Shown here piece by piece: positions 57,850 to 64,000 of a stretch of DNA of 64,000 nt. Position 1 is the first letter of the stretch; the number at the start of each line of letters is the position of its first letter. Below the pieces are notes generated by a model. It saw only the letters and a list, made by a program, of their open reading frames with translations. It made no database searches and was not told the DNA's origin. The stretch spans positions 64,996 to 128,995 of the forward strand of contig DASYAK010000016.1 of the NCBI GenBank assembly GCA_036501385.1, written 5' to 3'. A program made the position numbers and the translations under genes. Origin of the DNA: Gemmatimonadales bacterium (lineage in GTDB: Bacteria; Gemmatimonadota; Gemmatimonadetes; Gemmatimonadales; GWC2-71-9).

Positions 57850-58454
57850 CGCGCTGCTACCGCCCGCCACCCCTCGGCGAGCCGGGTCACGTACTTCCCC
57901 ACGAGGTCTCCTTCGAGATGAACCAGGTCGCCGACGACGCGATCGCCCAGTGTCGTGTGCTCCAAGGTAAACGGGATCACCGAGACCTGAATCAGATCCG
58001 GCGCCGGAATTGCGTTGACGGTAAGCGAGACTCCGTCCACAGCGATCGATCCGAGCGGAATCGACACCGCCATCACGGCGGCCGGCACCTGGATATCGAT
58101 CACCGTTGCGTCATCCACTGCTGCCACTGAAAGGACGCGTCCCACGTCGTCAACGTGCCCCTGGACCAGGTGGCCGCCCAGCCGGTCGCCGGCGCGCAAG
58201 GCCCGTTCGAGATTAACGCGGCGCCCCCCACGATAGTTCGCAAACCCGGTGCGGCCGAGCGAAGTCGTCACGACGTGGACCTCGAACCACCCGTCGCCGT
58301 GACCTGTCGCGGTGAGGCACGCGCCATCGATGGCGATGCTCTCGCCAAGGGCCAGGTCCGCGAAATCGGCGCCAACGCGGACGACGCGACCGCCTTCAAC
58401 CGCTTTCGCGTCGCGCACAACGCCCACCGCCGCAATGATGCCGGTGAACATCAT
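57846..58454 (-). CDS. ribE: riboflavin synthase (alpha chain)
   Basis: 202 aa. [13 protein letters not shown]...[12 protein letters not shown]...[12 protein letters not shown] is the duplicated lumazine-binding motif. ATGA overlap with the ribD stop. Confidence 0.9.
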   Translation of the reverse strand: MMFTGIIAAVGVVRDAKAVEGGRVVRVGADFADLALGESIAIDGACLTATGHGDGWFEVHVVTTSLGRTGFANYRGGRRVNLERALRAGDRLGGHLVQGHVDDVGRVLSVAAVDDATVIDIQVPAAVMAVSIPLGSIAVDGVSLTVNAIPAPDLIQVSVIPFTLEHTTLGDRVVGDLVHLEGDLVGKYVTRLAEGWRAVAAR

Positions 58455-59518
58455 CGCCGCCCGAGCGCGATCACGACGTCGGAATCGATGTCGGGATCGC
58501 CAAGAAGTTCGACGGCAAGCATTCGCCAGCGCGCGGCATCACCCAGCGCGGCCGGCTCGATCCCTGGCCACGCTGGAATGCCAGATCCGAGCCACCGCGG
58601 CGCCTGCACCTGATAGACCCGGTCAACCAGATTGTCTCGCATCAACGCCCCCGCGAGGCGGCCACCGCCCTCGACCAGCACGGAATCGATCCCTGCAATG
58701 GCAAGCGATTCGAGCGCCGGGCCGAGCGCGTCGGCGACGACAACTCCTGCTCCGGCACCTTCGATCCTGTCGCGTGCCGCTTGATTCACACCCGAACCCA
58801 CGATCACAACGACCGATGCATCAGAATTGCCGGCGAACACTCGATGACCAGGCGACATTGTCCCGCGCCGGTCGAAAATCACGCGAACCGGCGGAATCCG
58901 CGGCTCCACGCGTCCACGCACGGTAAGCTGGACATCGTCCGCGACGGCGGTACGGGCACCGACTGCGATCGCGCCGAATCCGGCGCGCAGCCAGTGAACC
59001 CACTCCAGCGCTGCTGTGCCAGAAATCCACTGCGAACGACCGTTCGCGTCCGCGATCATTGCGTCCATCGAGACCGCAAGCTTGACCGCCACGTACGGAA
59101 GCCTCGAATCCGCGTACTGATGCAGAAATCGAAAATTGTATGCCGAGGCGGCCGGATCCGGCGAGGCCATCTCGACGACAATCCCCGCGGCACGAAGCCG
59201 GTCGGCCCCACCGGCGGCGGCTGGATTCGGGTCGGGCACCGCGATGACCACCCGGGCGATGCCGGCCGCGATGATCGCGTCGGCACATGGCGGCTGCTTG
59301 CCGGTGTGCGCGCACGGCTCGAGCGTGACGTGCAGCGTTGCTCCTCGCGCGCGCTCACCCGCGCCGGCAATCGCCACTGTCTCGGCGTGAAGACCGCCGT
59401 ATTCCCCGTGCCATCCCTCACCAACTACATCGCCGGCGGCGACAATGACCGCCCCGACCATCGGGTTGGGAAAGGTCCGACCCCACCCGCGCAGGGCCAG
59501 TTCGTGCGCCCGGCGCAT
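58451..59518 (-). CDS. ribD: bifunctional riboflavin biosynthesis deaminase/reductase RibD
   Basis: Track ORF 58451..59572. The preferred start is the ATG at 59518 (MRRAHELALRGWGRTFPNPMVGAVIV), because the longer form overlaps the upstream OMP gene. The CDA zinc motifs are HAETVAI ... PCAHTGKQPPC. The C-terminal reductase has KLAVSMD. Confidence 0.85.
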   Translation of the reverse strand: MRRAHELALRGWGRTFPNPMVGAVIVAAGDVVGEGWHGEYGGLHAETVAIAGAGERARGATLHVTLEPCAHTGKQPPCADAIIAAGIARVVIAVPDPNPAAAGGADRLRAAGIVVEMASPDPAASAYNFRFLHQYADSRLPYVAVKLAVSMDAMIADANGRSQWISGTAALEWVHWLRAGFGAIAVGARTAVADDVQLTVRGRVEPRIPPVRVIFDRRGTMSPGHRVFAGNSDASVVVIVGSGVNQAARDRIEGAGAGVVVADALGPALESLAIAGIDSVLVEGGGRLAGALMRDNLVDRVYQVQAPRWLGSGIPAWPGIEPAALGDAARWRMLAVELLGDPDIDSDVVIALGRR

Positions 59519-59540
59519 GCCACGCCGATCACTTTCGGCG

Positions 59541-60533
59541 TCAGAACCCGAAGCGAAAGCCGACACTCGCAAAGAGCCTGGTCTCCGTCGGATCGTTGTC
59601 GGCGAAAGTGGTCACGAGCCCGAGATCCTTGCCGCGTTGTGCGCCTGCCTCTCCAATCAGGTAGAACAGCCCGACCGCGATGCCGCCGTCGACGTACCCA
59701 ATGGCTCGCGTATCGTGAATCGAAAGGTCGATCGGTGGTTGTTCTTCGCCGGTAGCCGGATCAGTGAAGATGATCTCGGCGTCGGTGGAGTAGTGGTTCC
59801 ACCCGCCGCCCGCGCCCAGGCGCAATGCCCCGATCCGCGTCGCCGCGGTCGCCCGATACTCGGTGGCACCGAGTGCCGTGATATATGAGAAGTGATCGCC
59901 TTCGAGGACGTCGCCCACGCCGATCCTGGGCAACGCCCGGTGCATCACGCTCACCGTGATCCCCGGAACACCCCGGCGCTCGGGAAGCACCGTCAGTCGG
60001 CCGCCGACGCCGAAGCCGAGCGCGATGCTCCCGACGTGGTTCGCGTTCACATCAATGTGGACGTCGTCGATCAACTTGGTGGGAAGCAGCTGGGCCGAAC
60101 CGAGGAGATCCACCGCGAACTGCCCGTGGCCCACTCCCCGGAAGATCCCCAGCGCTCCTTCAACCAGCGGGGCTGGCGCGAAGAGCTTCTGCTGCGCCTG
60201 CACGGTCGTTCCAAGTCCGTTGTACGAGAAATCGGGGATCACCACTTCGGTCGCATTCGCGCGCACCGTGAGATCGAGGTGGCCGAGTCCGCCCAGGCCG
60301 CCGGTGGCCCCGAGGAAAGGATTGCCCGCGGTGATGAGGACTCCGGCCACCGGCGTAAACAGCGACGCGGCATCGACTGCGGCGTTGCAGATGTTGCGCG
60401 CCTGAGCGCCTCCGAACAGCCCACCGCCGTAGGCCGCGCATTGCGTGTTCCCTTGCGCTGCCGCAGCGGTCACGGCGAACGCCGTCACAATCCCCGTCAT
60501 CGCAAGCGGGCGGATCGTCGACTGGAATCTCAC
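59541..60533 (-). CDS. outer-membrane beta-barrel protein (hypothetical porin-like)
   Basis: 330 aa with signal MRFQSTIRPLAMTGIVTAFAVTAAAAQG. It has an alternating Gly/aromatic-rich strand pattern and a C-terminal OMP signature ...LFASVGFRFGF. Confidence 0.6.
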   Translation of the reverse strand: MRFQSTIRPLAMTGIVTAFAVTAAAAQGNTQCAAYGGGLFGGAQARNICNAAVDAASLFTPVAGVLITAGNPFLGATGGLGGLGHLDLTVRANATEVVIPDFSYNGLGTTVQAQQKLFAPAPLVEGALGIFRGVGHGQFAVDLLGSAQLLPTKLIDDVHIDVNANHVGSIALGFGVGGRLTVLPERRGVPGITVSVMHRALPRIGVGDVLEGDHFSYITALGATEYRATAATRIGALRLGAGGGWNHYSTDAEIIFTDPATGEEQPPIDLSIHDTRAIGYVDGGIAVGLFYLIGEAGAQRGKDLGLVTTFADNDPTETRLFASVGFRFGF

Positions 60534-61555
60534 GATTCAAACCTCACGGCCCCGGTACCCGCGGTCACGGTGCCACACCGCCATGCCGGCACGCTCACTG
60601 CGCGCGCCGCCGCCACGATCGCGTCAACCGATTCCGCCGGGGCGGCGACGATCATTCCGATCCCGAGGTTGAAGACATCGCGCATCTCGATGTCGGCGAT
60701 TTCCCCGCCGCGGGCAATCGTGGTAAACAGCGCCGGCCACTCCCACGAGCGGGTGTCAATCACCGCGTCGCATCCGGCGGGGAGTACTCGAGCCAGGTTG
60801 CCGCCGATTCCGCCACCGGTGATGTGCGCCATGCCATGGACCCGTTCGAGAACCGGGGTGATTGCCGGGGCATAACTACGATGCACCGCGAGGAGCGAAT
60901 CCGCGACGCGTTGGGTCGTCCCGGGAACAATGTCGTCCAGCGTCAGTCCCATTCCATCGAACAGGACGCTCCGCGCCAGCGTGTAGCCGTTGGTGTGAAG
61001 TCCGGTAGACGCCAGCGCAACGAGGATGTCGCCGGGAACGATAGCATCGCCATGTATCGCGGCATCCTCTTCGACGACTCCGACGATGGTACCGGCCAGG
61101 TCGAATGTCCCCTCGGGGTAGACGCCCGGCATCTGTGCTGTCTCTCCGCCCGCAAGCGCCATCCCATGGGCACTGCACCCGCGCGCGACCCCCGCAACAA
61201 TCCCCTCGATCATCGCAACGGGGAGACGATGCCCGGCGACATAGTCCATGAATGCGATCGGGCGCGCGCCGTGAACGAGAATGTCATTGACCGAATGATT
61301 GACGAGGTCCTCGCCGACGGTGTCGAATCGTCCGGCCGCTTCGGCCACAAGCACTTTGGTCCCCACGCCATCAGTGCTCATGACCAGCACCGGGCGCTTC
61401 ATCCCACCGGGGAGCCGGACCATACCACCGAACATGCCGATTGCTCCCGCCGAGAGCGGTGTCCGGGTCGCGGCGACAAGCTTGCCGATCCGCCCCCTGG
61501 CCTCATCAGCGGCATCGAGGTCGACGCCGGACGCCGCATACCGCGGCGACGTCAC
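60530..61555 (-). CDS. purM: phosphoribosylformylglycinamidine cyclo-ligase (AIR synthase)
   Basis: 341 aa: YAASGVDLDAADE...VMSTDGVGTKV...DLVNHSVNDILVHGARPIAFMDY.... 4-nt overlaps on both sides. Confidence 0.9.
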   Translation of the reverse strand: MTSPRYAASGVDLDAADEARGRIGKLVAATRTPLSAGAIGMFGGMVRLPGGMKRPVLVMSTDGVGTKVLVAEAAGRFDTVGEDLVNHSVNDILVHGARPIAFMDYVAGHRLPVAMIEGIVAGVARGCSAHGMALAGGETAQMPGVYPEGTFDLAGTIVGVVEEDAAIHGDAIVPGDILVALASTGLHTNGYTLARSVLFDGMGLTLDDIVPGTTQRVADSLLAVHRSYAPAITPVLERVHGMAHITGGGIGGNLARVLPAGCDAVIDTRSWEWPALFTTIARGGEIADIEMRDVFNLGIGMIVAAPAESVDAIVAAARAVSVPAWRCGTVTAGTGAVRFES

Positions 61556-62472
61556 CGTGGCTCGCCCGTGACGGGAATGCGAGTCAGCTCGACAAACTCC
61601 CGGACCCGCCGTTCCACCGCCGGCAGCGCCACTCCTTCGAACCCGCGGACGCCGAATCCGGCCACTGAGTACGATCCCATCGTCGAGCCGTACACCATCG
61701 CGCGACGCAGATGTTCGGTGTCGACCGCGCCCGTTCGGGCGAGGTACCCCATGAATCCCCCGGCGAAGGCGTCACCAGCCCCGGTCGGATCGAAGACTTC
61801 TTCGAGAGGAAATGCGGGCACATGAAACGTTTGTCCCTCCTCGATCAACAGCGCGCCGTATTCGCCCTGCTTGATCACGACGCGGCGCGGGCCGCGTTCG
61901 AGGATCCAGCGGCCGGCGCGATGAATGTTCCAGTCGCCGGAGAGTTCGCGAGCCTCGGAGTCGTTCACCATCAGCATGTCGACGCGTTTGAGCAGCGCGA
62001 GGAGTTCGTCGCGTTTCGACTGGATCCAGTAGTTCATCGTATCGCAGGCGCAGAAGCGTGGCGCCTTGACCTGATCGAGCACGCCGAGCTGCAGCACCGG
62101 ATCGATATTCCCGAGGAAGACGAATGGCGCATCCTCGGCCCCGCTGGGGAGCTTGGGTCGGAAGTCGGCGAACACCCCGAGCCGCGTTTCGAGCGTTTCG
62201 CGGCTCTGCAGGTCGTACGAGTATTTCCCTTTCCAGCGGAATGATTCGCCGGAGGCGCGTTCCACTCCACTCCAGTCGATCCCGCGGGGAGCTAGACGCT
62301 CCAGCTCGTGCATCGGATAGTCGTCGCCCACGACGCCCACCACGCGCACCGGGTGGAGGAGTGAGGCGGCAACCGCGAAGTGGACCGCCGAGCCGCCCAG
62401 GGCGTCGGCCGTCGATCCGAACGGCGTGAAGATCGAGTCGAGGGCGACACTGCCCACCACGAGGAGGGTCAT
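61552..62472 (-). CDS. PfkB-family carbohydrate/nucleoside kinase
   Basis: Track ORF 61552..62616. The start is the ATG at 62472 (CAT 62470-62472), giving MTLLVVGSVALDSIFTPFG. The ribokinase-family anion hole is VFDPTGAGDAFAGGFMGYL. Confidence 0.8.
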   Translation of the reverse strand: MTLLVVGSVALDSIFTPFGSTADALGGSAVHFAVAASLLHPVRVVGVVGDDYPMHELERLAPRGIDWSGVERASGESFRWKGKYSYDLQSRETLETRLGVFADFRPKLPSGAEDAPFVFLGNIDPVLQLGVLDQVKAPRFCACDTMNYWIQSKRDELLALLKRVDMLMVNDSEARELSGDWNIHRAGRWILERGPRRVVIKQGEYGALLIEEGQTFHVPAFPLEEVFDPTGAGDAFAGGFMGYLARTGAVDTEHLRRAMVYGSTMGSYSVAGFGVRGFEGVALPAVERRVREFVELTRIPVTGEPR

Positions 62473-62476
62473 CGGG

Positions 62477-64000
62477 TCACATCCGGTCCGGGGCGGTGAT
62501 GCCGAGGAGCGCGAGGCCGTTGCTGAACACCTGTCGCGTGCCGCGCGCGAGAAGGAGGCGGCCCGCTTCCACCGGCGCCGGCTCGCCCAGGACGCGGCAG
62601 GCGTGATACCATGCATGGCTCAGCCGGGCAAGATTCTCCAGGTATGTCGTCACGCGGTGCGGCTCGTGCTCGGTAGCCGCGCGCTCGACGAGCCCGGGGA
62701 ACTGGATCAATTCCTTGACGAGATCGATGTCGAATGTCGACAACACGCCGAGATCGATCGGGCCGATGATCTCGCCCGGGTCGCGGCCGGCGTTACGAAG
62801 GATGCCGCTCATCCGTGCGTGCGCCATCTGCACGTAGAAGACGGGATTCTCGTCGGTACGTGACTTGGCCAGCTCGATGTCGAACACCAGATGCGAGTCG
62901 CCGCGGCGCATCATGAACCAGTATCGCGCTGCGTCGACACCGACCTCCTCGTAAAGATCCCGAAGCGTCACGAACTCACCTGATCGCTTCGACATCTTCA
63001 CTTCTTCGCCGTGCCGCACCACCCGGACCAGCTGTACCAGCGCGACGTCGAGCCACCCCTGCGGAAGCCCGAGTGCTGCGAGCGCCGCCTGCATCCGCGG
63101 AATGTAGCCGTGGTGATCGGCGCCCCAGACGTCGATCGCATGATCGAATCCGCGCCCGAACTTGTCGAGATGATAGGCGATATCGGGAACGAGGTAGGTA
63201 TACGTTCCGTCGGTCTTCCTGAGGACGCGGTCGCGGTCATCGCCGAATGCGGTCGTCCGCAGCCAGAGCGCACCATCTTCGACGAAGGTGTGCCCACCCG
63301 CAGTGAGCCGCTCGATGGCAGCCTCGACCTCGCCGGCGTCATAGATCCGCTGTTCCGAGGAGACGACATCGAAGCGAACGCCAAATGTCGCCAGGGTTTC
63401 GTCCTGCTCGACTCGCTGCATCGCGAGCACGGCCGTGCGTGAGCGGGTGATCCCGGCGGCGGGATCGAGGTCGGCGAAGCCCGCTCCCTCGCGGGCCAGC
63501 AGCGCCGCCGCGGCCTCGACCAGGTAGTCACCGTGATATCCGCCATCGGGGATTTCCGCCTGCCGACCGACCGCCTGCTGCACCCTCGCCCAGAGTGATT
63601 CAGCAAGGCGGGCAATCTGGGCGCCAGCGTCGTTCACATAGAACTCGCGGGTCACGCTGTGCCCGGTCCATTCGAGCAGCGCTGCAATCCCATCGCCGAG
63701 CGCTGCGCCACGCCCGTGGCCCACGTGAAGCGGGCCGGTCGGGTTGGCCGACACGAATTCGACGTTGACCGGCCGGCCGAGTCCGGTTTGCGAACGACCG
63801 TACCGCTGGCCTTCGGCGATGATGCGTTCGAAATCCAGCGCCAGTGTGTCCTGAGCCAGCCGGAAATTGATGAATCCGGGACCGGCGATTTCCACCACAG
63901 CCACGGCCGCAGCTTCGCGGTCCAGCGCCGCCACCACCTCTTCGGCGACGGCACGAGGATTGGACCGGTCGCGCCGGGCAAGCTGCATCGCAAGGTTGGT
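62477..64000 (-). CDS. argS: arginine--tRNA ligase (N-terminal end beyond the window)
   Basis: Track ORF 62477..63988. The frame stays open to 64000 (...TNLAMQLARR..., matching the conserved ATN(V/L)AMQLAK region, so the true start is outside the window). The class I HIGH motif is ANPTGPLHVGHGRGA, the KMSK-type loop is VKMSKRSG, and the tail is C-terminal DALR-like. Confidence 0.9.
   Translation of the reverse strand, partial: TNLAMQLARRDRSNPRAVAEEVVAALDREAAAVAVVEIAGPGFINFRLAQDTLALDFERIIAEGQRYGRSQTGLGRPVNVEFVSANPTGPLHVGHGRGAALGDGIAALLEWTGHSVTREFYVNDAGAQIARLAESLWARVQQAVGRQAEIPDGGYHGDYLVEAAAALLAREGAGFADLDPAAGITRSRTAVLAMQRVEQDETLATFGVRFDVVSSEQRIYDAGEVEAAIERLTAGGHTFVEDGALWLRTTAFGDDRDRVLRKTDGTYTYLVPDIAYHLDKFGRGFDHAIDVWGADHHGYIPRMQAALAALGLPQGWLDVALVQLVRVVRHGEEVKMSKRSGEFVTLRDLYEEVGVDAARYWFMMRRGDSHLVFDIELAKSRTDENPVFYVQMAHARMSGILRNAGRDPGEIIGPIDLGVLSTFDIDLVKELIQFPGLVERAATEHEPHRVTTYLENLARLSHAWYHACRVLGEPAPVEAGRLLLARGTRQVFSNGLALLGITAPDRM

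Overview
This is a GC-rich (by eye about two-thirds G+C, not computed), tightly packed bacterial chromosome segment. It holds about 50 protein genes, most on the minus strand. The gene content points to a diderm: an HME-RND efflux operon, a TonB-dependent receptor, an outer-membrane beta-barrel, a FlgD-Ig/T9SS-sorting-like domain, HprK with a mannose-type PTS, and a poly-HAMP kinase. My guess is Gemmatimonadota-like, which I cannot verify here.

Left third (1-20.7 kb): secreted hydrolases (S9 peptidase, GH35, M1 peptidase, HEXXHxxGxxH metalloprotease), a TauE/DUF1634 pair, a threonine dehydratase, and two translationally coupled hybrid histidine kinases. One kinase is a 2087-aa soluble poly-HAMP protein whose HAMP rod is encoded by eleven 276-bp repeats in exact register.

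Middle (20.7-45.8 kb): a czcCBA-like operon preceded by a small CPAC-motif protein, OsmC, a Lys/Ala-rich tail-anchored protein, a ribose-type ABC transporter, GH38 mannosidase, DinB-tadA-clpB, DoxX and recO. A clear cobalamin riboswitch drives btuC-btuD-btuB plus a beta-propeller lipoprotein.

Right third (45.8-64 kb): one co-directional run of 20 genes, argS-pfkB-purM-OMP-ribD-ribE-ribBA-ribH-nusB-GT4-hprK-EIIA-EIIB-EIIC-EIID-ptsH-ptsI-metK-ahcY-hypothetical. Many of these genes have overlapping stop and start codons.

I saw no rRNA, tRNA, CRISPR array, transposase, integrase or phage genes. I did not find a convincing wholly novel multi-gene system, and the window looks mostly like core genome. 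The observations most worth a second look are the B12 locus (a BtuG-position lipoprotein and no BtuF), the poly-HAMP kinase and its repeat DNA, an apparent CTG start for hprK, a frameshifted small ORF with a 5-codon upstream mini-ORF, and several small unusual proteins. All calls come from manual reading of the ORF track and sequence. No searches were run.
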